NCBI GenBank assembly: GCA_016867235.1
Contig: VGJY01000003.1
Coordinates: 406 to 64,405, forward strand
DNA length: 64,000 nucleotides
Direction: 5' to 3'
From: Candidatus Tanganyikabacteria bacterium
Lineage (GTDB): Bacteria > Cyanobacteriota > Sericytochromatia > S15B-MN24 > VGJW01
Shown: piece by piece, positions 1-8,155 of the stretch
Layout of the letters: the number at the start of each line of letters is the position of its first letter
Numbering within the stretch: the first letter of the stretch is position 1
Position numbers and translations under genes: made by a program
The notes under the pieces: model-generated
What the model was told of the DNA's origin: nothing
The model's database searches: none
Seen by the model: the letters and a program-made list of their open reading frames with translations, nothing else

Positions 1-1009
1 AAAGATCGGTTATGGTTGCTGATCTAGTCATGATAATCTTGGAGCCTACGCCCCGCGCACGCGTGGACACCTCGACCAACCCGTTCGAATCCGGGTTCAG
101 GGAATCCGCCCAGTCAACGTGTATGCGAGCATGGTGGCCGGCGAGTGCTCGACTTAGTGCCGCTCTCCGGTTGTCCAGGCCAACCCCCCGGTGATGGTGT
201 ACGTGATAGGTGGTGCTGGTGTCGGAATCTTCGATACCTAGCAGCTCGGCCTTGGCCTCTCGGTCGCCAACGGGGTCGATCAGCGACTCCTCGTCGAGCG
301 CCATGACGAGCCTGTGCAGACGCACCGGGTACTTCCCGAAGTCGAGGTACTTGCCATAGTGGCGCCGGATGTCGGCAGGGACGCCGCCCACGATGCGCAA
401 GTAATCGGTCCGCCTCGGCGGCGCCTTCGGCTCGACCCTGACCATGAGCGCATAAGAGCGTTCTGGCGGGATCCAGACCGACTCCTTTTCCCACGGTTGC
501 CTGGGTCGAAGGTCGAAAATCAAGTCCAGCCGATAGGTCCCGCCTTCCAAGTTCACTGGCAGAAGCCGGGCCATCAACCTTCCGCGCTTGAGGAGGACAC
601 CGCAGTAGGCGATCGGCGCCCCGTCGAAGGCAAGCCGACGTAGAGCGTCCAGCTCGGCAAAACTGACCGCGTCCATGAGGTTGTGGCCGCCTGCCTCGGC
701 ACGTGCCTCGCCGATCACCCGGCCTCCCTTGCCGTGGCCCCTGATAGCCACCAGCGCCTCGAAGTAGGGGGCGGGCCGGTCTGGAGTTGTCAGCGCCGGC
801 GTCGCCACGACCCGGTAGGACATGCGCCTGTAGCGGCCGGATAGCGCCAGGAACAGACGTTCAAGGTAGGCGATATGATCGTCCCGGGTAATGACTTCGG
901 TTGCCCTGAACGGGTCAGCGAGGTGCGACGCGCTGTCGTCGAGTATCGCCAGCGCGGCCATGTCGGCGAGCGCAACCTGGCGGCGACCGAGCGTGCTAGA
1001 CCTGGGCAT
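1..1009 (-). CDS. Hypothetical protein, partial. The 3' end runs off the window start; ATG at 1009; 336 codons with no stop in window.
   Basis: Manual frame check: no TTA/CTA/TCA in forward triplets at positions congruent to 2 mod 3 from 2 to 1009. Absent from the ORF track because no in-window stop exists. Protein is compositionally normal (MPRSSTLGRRQVALADMAALAILDD...). No family recognised. Confidence 0.5.
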   Translation of the reverse strand, partial: MPRSSTLGRRQVALADMAALAILDDSASHLADPFRATEVITRDDHIAYLERLFLALSGRYRRMSYRVVATPALTTPDRPAPYFEALVAIRGHGKGGRVIGEARAEAGGHNLMDAVSFAELDALRRLAFDGAPIAYCGVLLKRGRLMARLLPVNLEGGTYRLDLIFDLRPRQPWEKESVWIPPERSYALMVRVEPKAPPRRTDYLRIVGGVPADIRRHYGKYLDFGKYPVRLHRLVMALDEESLIDPVGDREAKAELLGIEDSDTSTTYHVHHHRGVGLDNRRAALSRALAGHHARIHVDWADSLNPDSNGLVEVSTRARGVGSKIIMTRSATITDL

Positions 1010-1288
1010 GGCCTGGCGAGCGTACCACGAGGCCGTCAGCCGAATTCAACGCGCAGGTCGATTCCGTTGAACGGATTTCAACGGGTCGATGCAAGCCGTT
1101 GACTTGGCGTTGCCCATCCTCCCCAGCGGGCTGACGCTGCCCTTCCAGGAGGCCCTAGATGCCGGCTGTCCCCATCGGCAGACGTAAGACCACCTCGGAG
1201 TCGCTTCTTGCGCATCCTGGGCTTCCTGTGCTGGTACCGCGAGCGAATTCGGCCGGCGCCCGGCCAGACCGCCTATGGCCAGCGCCTT

Positions 1289-2413
1289 CTAGCCTTCCCC
1301 GTACATGAGGTCTCCAAGCCGCTTCGTCACCTCGACCTGCTTGTCCGGCAAGACGTGGGCATACTCGCCCATCGTGACGAGGGGCGAAGAGTGGCCAAGG
1401 CGCTGTGCGACCTCTGGGATCGGCGTCCCACGCTCAAGCAGGATGGAGGCCACCGTATGTCGCAGGTCGTGTAACCGGATTTCTGGCAGGCCAGCACTCG
1501 CGAGTAGCGTCTTGAACCGGTGGTACGCTGCATGCCGCGTGAGCGGGATGCCGGGCGTACTGGTGAAGATATAGTCAATCGCAGGCCGAATCTGCGTCTT
1601 GAGCAGCTCGGCCCGCTGAACCCTACGCTGTTCCTTGAGGGCGGCGATCGTCTTGCGATGAAGCGGTAGCGAGCGCTTGCCCCCTTCGGTCTTGGGGCCT
1701 TTCCTGTCCACTTTGTTCTGGAGCGACCGGGCCATCGCCGCAGCGATTCTTACGGTGTGGTTCTTGAAATCGACGTCCGCCCAGGTCAACGCGACCACTT
1801 CGCTGATCCTCGCGCCGGTCGTGAGCAAGAGGTCCCACATGGCCGTGTCCGGCGCAAGCTCGGCGCGCTTGAGGAACATAATCGCCTGCTCGACATTCCA
1901 AATCGTGGCCTGGCGCTTCGCTGCCCGCGGAAGGGCAACACCGACTGCCGGGTTGATGGCCAGCTCATTCCATTCGATGGCGACGTTAAGCATCCGCCTA
2001 AAGACCCGGTGCGCGTGCCGCACGGTTGTTGGACTGACTTCCTTGGCCAAGTCGTTGAACGCGGCCTGTACGGCCGGCTTACGGAGGTCCGAAAGGCGCA
2101 CATGACCCAGGCGCGGCAACATGTAGTAGTCGAGCGTTTCCTGGTAGTCGATCGCGGTACTATCCGCCAAGTTGCCACGGACACCGATCTCAAGCCACTG
2201 CGCGGCGAAGTCCCTTACCGTGGCCTTGGCTGGTAGGACAAAAATGCCCTTGCGCTGGTCAGCCCGCGCCTGGTCGCGGTATGCCTCGGCATCTGCCTTG
2301 CGCTCGAATCGCTTTCGGTGCTGGCGCCGCTTGCCGTCTGGGTCTCGTCCCAGCTCGATGTTGACCAGCCAGCTTCCGTCTCTCTGTCGCTTGATCCCGT
2401 TACCACGCGCCAT
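1289..2413 (-). CDS. Tyrosine-type site-specific recombinase / phage integrase
   Basis: 374 aa. N-terminal SAM-like/core-binding region and C-terminal catalytic region typical of tyrosine recombinases, with conserved catalytic-box residues (R...HDLRHT...Y). Start lies 143 bp from a tRNA 3' end. Confidence 0.9.
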   Translation of the reverse strand: MARGNGIKRQRDGSWLVNIELGRDPDGKRRQHRKRFERKADAEAYRDQARADQRKGIFVLPAKATVRDFAAQWLEIGVRGNLADSTAIDYQETLDYYMLPRLGHVRLSDLRKPAVQAAFNDLAKEVSPTTVRHAHRVFRRMLNVAIEWNELAINPAVGVALPRAAKRQATIWNVEQAIMFLKRAELAPDTAMWDLLLTTGARISEVVALTWADVDFKNHTVRIAAAMARSLQNKVDRKGPKTEGGKRSLPLHRKTIAALKEQRRVQRAELLKTQIRPAIDYIFTSTPGIPLTRHAAYHRFKTLLASAGLPEIRLHDLRHTVASILLERGTPIPEVAQRLGHSSPLVTMGEYAHVLPDKQVEVTKRLGDLMYGEG

Positions 2414-2556
2414 GATGCCCCCCGTCGCCCGTGCAGAGCGCGGCTAACTACCCAAGCTGCATATACCCGATGTGATCAAAATGTGATCGAATCGACGATT
2501 CTGGGCCAGAGTCAGCGGAGGTGATTTGGCACTCAAACCCGCTTGCCTACTCACAG

Positions 2557-2637
2557 TGCCTGAGAGGAGACTCGAACTCCTACGGGTCGCCCCGCCAGAT
2601 CCTAAGTCTGGTGCGTCTGCCATTCCGCCACTCAGGC
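2557..2637 (-). tRNA. tRNA-Leu (anticodon UAG)
   Basis: Reverse complement GCCTGAG...CTCAGGCA folds as a cloverleaf. 7-bp acceptor stem, anticodon stem CCAGA/TCTGG with loop CUUAGGA (anticodon UAG, G37), long variable arm typical of Leu, T-arm GGAGTTCGAGTCTCC. Confidence 0.8.
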
Positions 2638-2875
2638 CCGGACACCAGTATACGCGACCAGACCGGCGGTCGATCGCCGGTGGCCGTGCTGCCACCGGCA
2701 ACCGTCACTCCCGATCCGGCCGCACCGCCGGCGGTGGTCCGAGCACCGCCGACAACATCTCCTAAGGACACGTCATGGATGGGCCAAGGATCGTTTAAGT
2801 TCGCCCCCGCCACGACCATACGGCTCGTTAACGGGCGATGACACCTCCACCCGCACGTGGAGACCAGGAGGTGTC

Positions 2876-3751
2876 ATGGCCCCTATCGACAATGCAACCG
2901 GCGCGAAGGTCCACCGGCCGCAGATCCAGCCCCTGAGGCCGCGCCCGCCGCGTGTCGAACCCGGGCCCGCCATGCCGCCCGACTCCCTGGAGCTCACGCC
3001 CATGCGCCCGATCGCCCCGCGGCAGGCCGGCGACGGCGGCGCGGCGGCCCGCGCGCTCGGCCAGGCCTACGCCGACGCCTGGGCCGATCCGACGCTGCGG
3101 CTCGAGGTGATTGCCGCCCTGGGTGCCACCGAGAGCGCGGAGGGCGCGCACATCCTCATCAAGGCCCATGAGGACTACTGGGCCGACCGGCAGGGTCGCC
3201 TGGCGGTCATGAAGGCGCTTGGCAACACCCGGCGCCCCGAAGGGATCGCCCTCCTGGTCGAGCAGTACGACGACTTCCGCTCCGACCGCGAAATGAAGAT
3301 CGTGGCGCTGCGCGCGCTGGGCGCAACCCGCCAGCCGGGTGCCGTGCCGACCCTGCGAAAGGCCTACTCCGACTCGCGAAACGATCGCCAGCTACTGATC
3401 GAGACCATCCGCGCACTGGGGGACTCGCGCACCGCCGAAGGCGTCGCCGCCCTGTCCCGCGCCTACGCCGATCACGAGCGCGACACTCAGCTCCGCTCGG
3501 AGATCCTCAAGGCGCTCGGCCAGACCCGCCGCGCCGAAGCCGTATCGCCGCTGCGCCGGGCCTATGCCGACGGCTGGTCGAACACCCAGCTGCAGCTCGA
3601 GGTCATCCGCGCCCTGGGCGAGCTCCGGACCAGCGCCGCCGTGCCGGCCCTCCAGCAGGCCTACCAGGACTCGTGGGCAGACCGGAACCGGCGGGCGGAA
3701 GTCGTGCGGGCCCTCGCGAAGGCGCACACGCCAGCCGACCCGCTGCCGTAG
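2876..3751 (+). CDS. HEAT-repeat (PBS-lyase HEAT-like) protein
   Basis: 291 aa with about 8 tandem repeats of roughly 31 aa (…R/L..EVIRALG…A.PAL..AY.D…), characteristic of HEAT_2/PBS repeats. Confidence 0.7.
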   Translation: MAPIDNATGAKVHRPQIQPLRPRPPRVEPGPAMPPDSLELTPMRPIAPRQAGDGGAAARALGQAYADAWADPTLRLEVIAALGATESAEGAHILIKAHEDYWADRQGRLAVMKALGNTRRPEGIALLVEQYDDFRSDREMKIVALRALGATRQPGAVPTLRKAYSDSRNDRQLLIETIRALGDSRTAEGVAALSRAYADHERDTQLRSEILKALGQTRRAEAVSPLRRAYADGWSNTQLQLEVIRALGELRTSAAVPALQQAYQDSWADRNRRAEVVRALAKAHTPADPLP

Positions 3752-3814
3752 GCTGCGCCGAAGCAGGCCACCCCCTGGAATAGCCCCGCACCCTGCACCG
3801 GGCGGGCCCGGCTC

Positions 3815-6800
3815 TTACGCCGGGCCGGGCGCGGAGCGGAGACCCCCTTCAAAGGCGCCCAGTTGCTCGAACAGCGCCTGTGCGGCCTGGGCGTGGTGGC
3901 TCCGCTCGGGCTCGGGGACCCGGGCGCACGCCCCGAGTTCCCGCTGGGCCAGGGCGCGATCGTAGGGCATCTGCAGCCGGTCTGCCGCCTCGAGGCTCCG
4001 GCGCCAGGCTCGCACCGCCGCGGCCACGCGGCCTGCCCGGGCGAGGCGCCGGCCGTCGCACAGCAGGTACCGGGGCATGGCCACCGGAAACACGCCCGCC
4101 AGCTTCCCCAGGGCGCGCGAGGCCCCGGCCGCACCCTTGCGGTCGCCGGTCTCGATGTAGAAATCCGCCACGGCGGCGTAGGCATCCAGCACCGACGGGT
4201 TGACGGGTGGGGTCCTGGCCATCAGGGCGAGGGCCGCCGCCGCGGACGTCCCCGCCGCCGCGAGATCGCCCGCCCGCCACGCGGCGAGCGTGGTGAGACC
4301 CAGGTTGATCATCTGCTCGCCGTGGTCCTTGCTGCCGTCGAGGTGCCCGGCCGCGCTGGCCAGCAGGTCCGCCACTCCGTCGTCGCGGCCTTGCCGCAGC
4401 AGGCTCCATGCCAGGAGGTTGGCGTTGGCGGCCTGGTACTGCACGTCGCCCGCTCGCCGCGCCAGTTCCCCGAGTTCGCGGGCATCCGCCTCGCAGCGGG
4501 CGAAGTCGCCGGTGAAGTACGGGACCAGGTTGGCCATGTTGCGCGTCATGGTCCACTGCCGGCGATCGCCCAGCCGCTCGAAAATGCCGTAAGCGGCGGA
4601 AAGCTCGGAGCGGGCGCGTTCCCAGTCGCCTATGCCGGCATGGTAGTAACCCAGGGGATAGCGGGCGTTGGCCTGCGTCCTGGGGTCGGCGACCTGGTCC
4701 AGCACGCCCTTGGCGAGGTCGGCGTAGAGCCGCGCCATGCCGTGCAGCGGGATGATGCCGGAGATGGCCGCGGCCGCCGCATACGCCCGGGCGAGCTCCG
4801 GGCTCGGGCCGACCGCTTCCGAGAGCTCGAGCGCCCAGAGGCTGGCCAGGAACCCTTCGGCCACCTTGTTTTCCAGGAAGTAGATCTCGACCAGCGCCTC
4901 GTAGATCGCGATGCGATCGCACAGGGCTCCCCGCTCCTCCTCCGCGACGTCGCCGCGTGCCGGCCGGCCGACGATGCGCCGCCAGGCCTGGCCGGCTACC
5001 CGCGCCAGCAGCGGGGCCACGGCGGCAAGGGTTCCGGCGGGCATCGGGTGGCCAAGCAGCGCGAGCGCTTGCTCGAAGTGCCCGCGCGCGTCTCCCAGGC
5101 GCCCCAGGCCGAGGTACGCCTTTCCCAGCCCGCGCTCGCGGCGCCACCTGCGCCCCCGGCCGGCAGCATCCCCCGCGCCGGCATCCAGCGCGCCGGCCCG
5201 CCCGAACGCATCGGCCGCCTCGAGATAGCCACCGTCGAGCAGGGCGGCCTCCGCGGCCCGGTCGAGATGCCCGACGGCCAGCGCCACGTCGCCGGCCTGC
5301 TCGCGATGGTACGCCAGCAAGCCATGGAGCGCCGCCGGGTCGCCGGCGTCGCGCTCGAGGCATTCGGCGGCGGCGCGGTGCAGCGGCTGCCGCTGGGACA
5401 CGAGCATCGTCCCGTAGACGACCTCGCGGGTGACGGCATGGCGAAAGGCGTAGAGGCGCTCCGCGGGCTGGACCAGCAGCTGCGTCGGCTCGACCGAAGC
5501 CAGGACCGACGCCAGGCGCCCGCGTTCCGGCACGATCGGGTAGATGGCCTGGGCAAGGTCGAAGCGGAACTGGCGCCCGATGATGCTGCCGGTCTTGAGC
5601 GCAAGCTGCTGGGACGGCTCGAGCCTGTCCACGCGCGCCCGCACGATACCCTCGATCGAGGTGGGCAGCTCCAGGCTGCCCAGCACCCGCTCGTCTCCGG
5701 CCAGCCGGCACTCTTCATCGGCTACCACGATCACCCCGGCATCTCGCAATGCCAGCGCCAGCTCTTCGGAAAACAGCGGGTGCCCCTCGCCGCGTTCGCG
5801 GACGATCTCAACCGCCGCCGGCGGCAGGGCCCGCACGCCCAGCCGCTGGCATGCGACCGCGAGCGCATCGTCGGGGGTCAGCGGCTCGAGGATCACGCGG
5901 CTCGCCCGCTCGGATGCCAGCAGCCTGGCGAGTTCCCTGGGAACGGTCGGCTGCGGGCGCTGGCTGACGACGACCAGGCACGGGAGGAACTCTTCGTGGA
6001 CTCGCGCGAGCAGCGCCAGGGAAAGAGAGTCGAGCCAGTGGGCATCCTCGATCACCAGCACCAGAGGCTCGTGGATCGCCCGGTCGGTAAGGAGCGCCAG
6101 CAGGGCGCGCTGCGTGTTGTCGGCCCTCACCTGCTCGGTCATGGCCGCGGTGGCGTCGTTGTCGGGAATGCGGGCGCCGACGATGTGCCCGAGGAGCGGC
6201 GCGAGGTGCTCGAGTTCGGGATGGCGGGCCAGACGCTCCCGTACCCGACCCTCCCGCGACTCGCCGTCGGCCTCGGGCGAAAGGCGCAGCAACTCGGCGA
6301 AAATGGGCCGCCAGGCGTGGTAGGGCCGCGCCCAGGCGCGCGCGTCGCCGGCACCCTGCCAAACCGCCAGGCCACGCACCCGCGCCAGCCGATAGACTTC
6401 CTGGACCAGGCGGCTCTTGCCGATCCCGGGTTCGCCCTCCACGACCACCACCGTGCTCTCGCCGGTCCAGAGGCCATCGAGTCCGCGTTCGAGCAGGCGG
6501 ACCTCGGCCGTCCGGCCCACGAGGGGCGTGGCGGTGACCCCGGCGGCGGTCCCCGCACCGACGGGAGTGAACACCGTCAGGAGGCCGGTCTTGCCCTTTG
6601 CCTTGATCGCCGCCCTTTCGGCGAAGGTCACGCGCCCCCGAGCCTCGCGGTAGTTGTTGACGTCGCACAGGATCGCGCCCGGCGCCGCCTGCATCAGGCG
6701 GGCCGCGAGATTGACCGTGTCGCCGAGCATCGTGTACTCGCGGCGCGTGTCGTTGCCGACCTCGCCGCAGAACACGCGGCCGGATGCGACGCCTATGGCG

Positions 6801-7846
6801 GTCCGGATTTCCAGGACGCCCAGTTCGGCCTGGATCTCGAGCGAAGCGAGGGTCGCGCGGACCGCATCGTCCTCGTGAGTCAGTCCGGGGAGCCCCCAGG
6901 CCGCCAGGAGCGAGACGCCCTTGTCGTCCACGCTCAGCTTGTTGATGCTGCCCTCGAACCGCGACACGACCTCCTGGAGGGCGCGCACGGCTTCGTTGAT
7001 CTGCTCCAGCGGCAAGTGCCAGAGGCCGGGCAGGTTGACGAAGACCACCGACACCCGGCGCAACTCCGCGAGCCAGGCCTGCTGCCCCGCGAACACCCGG
7101 GTGCAGACCGACTCGGGCACGAACGCGGAAACGCCCCCGGGAGCGGCGGAAGGCTCGGCTCCGCGCAGCAGGCCGGTGGGGGCGGGCGCCACGCGCACGG
7201 CGCTCAAGCGCACGGCTCCTCCGGCCCGTTCCTCGCCCTCGGCGTTGGCACCCATCAGGCGCCAGGCGGCGTCGGTCGCAACGACCTCGCCCGGTGCGGC
7301 CACCTTCCCGGCGCGGCCCAGGTCGGCCAGCACGGCGCCCGTCACGAGGACCTCCCAGCGGTCGCCAACCCCGCCGACCTCGGACACCGCCACGTCTCCC
7401 ACGCCGATCGCGACCCGCAGGCCCAGCCGTACCTCTCCTCCCGGGTCGAAGGCATCCATGCGCCGCTGCAGCGCCAGGCCGCATGCCGCGCTCCGGAGCA
7501 CCAGGCCCTCGAGATCGCCGTCTCCCGGGCTCCCGGGCCAGACAGCCAGGAGGGCGTCCCCGGCGAACTTCAGGATGTCGCCGCCGGCCGCGGCAATGGC
7601 GTCGATCAATTCGCCGAAGTAGCCGTTGAGGATGCGCGTGAGTTCCTCGACGCCGCCCTCGCCCGGCGACATGAGCCGCTCGGACAGCGCGGTGAAGCCC
7701 GAGACGTCGGCAAAGAGCACGGCCGCCGGAAACACTCCGGTGCGAGGGGCGACAGGCGGCCCGCCTCTCTCGATCCGCCCCAGCACCAGCCGCGGTACGT
7801 AGGTAGCCAGGGCCGACAAGGCCGTCGTCGTCACGGGGTTTGCCAC
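3815..7846 (-). CDS. Large regulator with two tandem class III adenylate/guanylate cyclase homology domains (CHD) followed by an AAA/NB-ARC-like ATPase domain and C-terminal TPR repeats
   Basis: 1343 aa, GTG start. First CHD has FADVSGFT and KFAGDALLAVW. Second CHD has VVFVNLPGL ... EYTMLGDTVNLAARL. Walker A VVVEGEPGIGKSRL. TPR-like helical repeats at the C-terminus. Confidence 0.85.
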   Translation of the reverse strand: MANPVTTTALSALATYVPRLVLGRIERGGPPVAPRTGVFPAAVLFADVSGFTALSERLMSPGEGGVEELTRILNGYFGELIDAIAAAGGDILKFAGDALLAVWPGSPGDGDLEGLVLRSAACGLALQRRMDAFDPGGEVRLGLRVAIGVGDVAVSEVGGVGDRWEVLVTGAVLADLGRAGKVAAPGEVVATDAAWRLMGANAEGEERAGGAVRLSAVRVAPAPTGLLRGAEPSAAPGGVSAFVPESVCTRVFAGQQAWLAELRRVSVVFVNLPGLWHLPLEQINEAVRALQEVVSRFEGSINKLSVDDKGVSLLAAWGLPGLTHEDDAVRATLASLEIQAELGVLEIRTAIGVASGRVFCGEVGNDTRREYTMLGDTVNLAARLMQAAPGAILCDVNNYREARGRVTFAERAAIKAKGKTGLLTVFTPVGAGTAAGVTATPLVGRTAEVRLLERGLDGLWTGESTVVVVEGEPGIGKSRLVQEVYRLARVRGLAVWQGAGDARAWARPYHAWRPIFAELLRLSPEADGESREGRVRERLARHPELEHLAPLLGHIVGARIPDNDATAAMTEQVRADNTQRALLALLTDRAIHEPLVLVIEDAHWLDSLSLALLARVHEEFLPCLVVVSQRPQPTVPRELARLLASERASRVILEPLTPDDALAVACQRLGVRALPPAAVEIVRERGEGHPLFSEELALALRDAGVIVVADEECRLAGDERVLGSLELPTSIEGIVRARVDRLEPSQQLALKTGSIIGRQFRFDLAQAIYPIVPERGRLASVLASVEPTQLLVQPAERLYAFRHAVTREVVYGTMLVSQRQPLHRAAAECLERDAGDPAALHGLLAYHREQAGDVALAVGHLDRAAEAALLDGGYLEAADAFGRAGALDAGAGDAAGRGRRWRRERGLGKAYLGLGRLGDARGHFEQALALLGHPMPAGTLAAVAPLLARVAGQAWRRIVGRPARGDVAEEERGALCDRIAIYEALVEIYFLENKVAEGFLASLWALELSEAVGPSPELARAYAAAAAISGIIPLHGMARLYADLAKGVLDQVADPRTQANARYPLGYYHAGIGDWERARSELSAAYGIFERLGDRRQWTMTRNMANLVPYFTGDFARCEADARELGELARRAGDVQYQAANANLLAWSLLRQGRDDGVADLLASAAGHLDGSKDHGEQMINLGLTTLAAWRAGDLAAAGTSAAAALALMARTPPVNPSVLDAYAAVADFYIETGDRKGAAGASRALGKLAGVFPVAMPRYLLCDGRRLARAGRVAAAVRAWRRSLEAADRLQMPYDRALAQRELGACARVPEPERSHHAQAAQALFEQLGAFEGGLRSAPGPA

Positions 7847-7852
7847 TGACTC

Positions 7853-8155
7853 ATGCTACGGGAATCTGGGTACGACCATGATATGCCGAGCTTCCAAGTG
7901 CCGCCCCCCGGGGCCAATACGGGTTCGCTGCGCAACACGGGCAGCGCGAAAGGCTCCTCGGGATCGTCCGTCAAGGAATCCCAGCAGGCCAAGGCCGAAG
8001 CCAAGGCCGAGGCGATGGAGAACGCCAACTTCAGTTCGGCCGCCGATGCGCTCAAGCAGACGGCCGGAGCGCCGATGGAGAAGCCCCCGCCCACCGACCC
8101 TAACGGGCCAAATACACCGATCGTCGATAAGCGACCGAACGGCATCATCCCCTAG
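7853..8155 (+). CDS. Small low-complexity (K/A/E/S/P-rich) protein whose stop overlaps the start of the downstream synthase gene
   Basis: 100 aa ORF; alternative ATG at 7883. Stop TAG 8153-8155 overlaps GTG 8155-8157 of the next gene (TAGTG). No homology recognised; the start is uncertain. Confidence 0.4.
   Translation: MLRESGYDHDMPSFQVPPPGANTGSLRNTGSAKGSSGSSVKESQQAKAEAKAEAMENANFSSAADALKQTAGAPMEKPPPTDPNGPNTPIVDKRPNGIIP

Noticed and set aside
114-1102. Track ORFs 114..494(-), 314..643(+), 790..975(-), 875..1102(+) in the left flank
   Set aside because: A different minus-strand frame is stop-free for more than 1 kb from ATG 1009 to the window edge. These shorter ORFs lie inside it and are R/P-rich.
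2521-2841. ORFs 2521..2841, 2526..2765 and 2580..2819 overlapping the tRNA-Leu region
   Set aside because: They overlap a well-folded tRNA and its flanks. There is no RBS, and the products are Pro/Arg-rich.
3863-7849. 1328-aa plus-strand ORF antisense to the CHD/AAA/TPR gene. There are many similar cases: 11689..14040, 14754..16142, 16120..18681, 18974..21451, 21677..23332, 25251..27548, 27266..28750, 27688..29244, 29297..30865, 37655..39469, 39092..40948, 41625..43919, 49259..51400, 56099..58306 and 56299..58107.
   Set aside because: Arg/Pro/Ala/Gly-rich low-complexity translations typical of stop-poor antisense frames at 70% GC. Each overlaps a gene with clear family-level identity on the other strand or frame.
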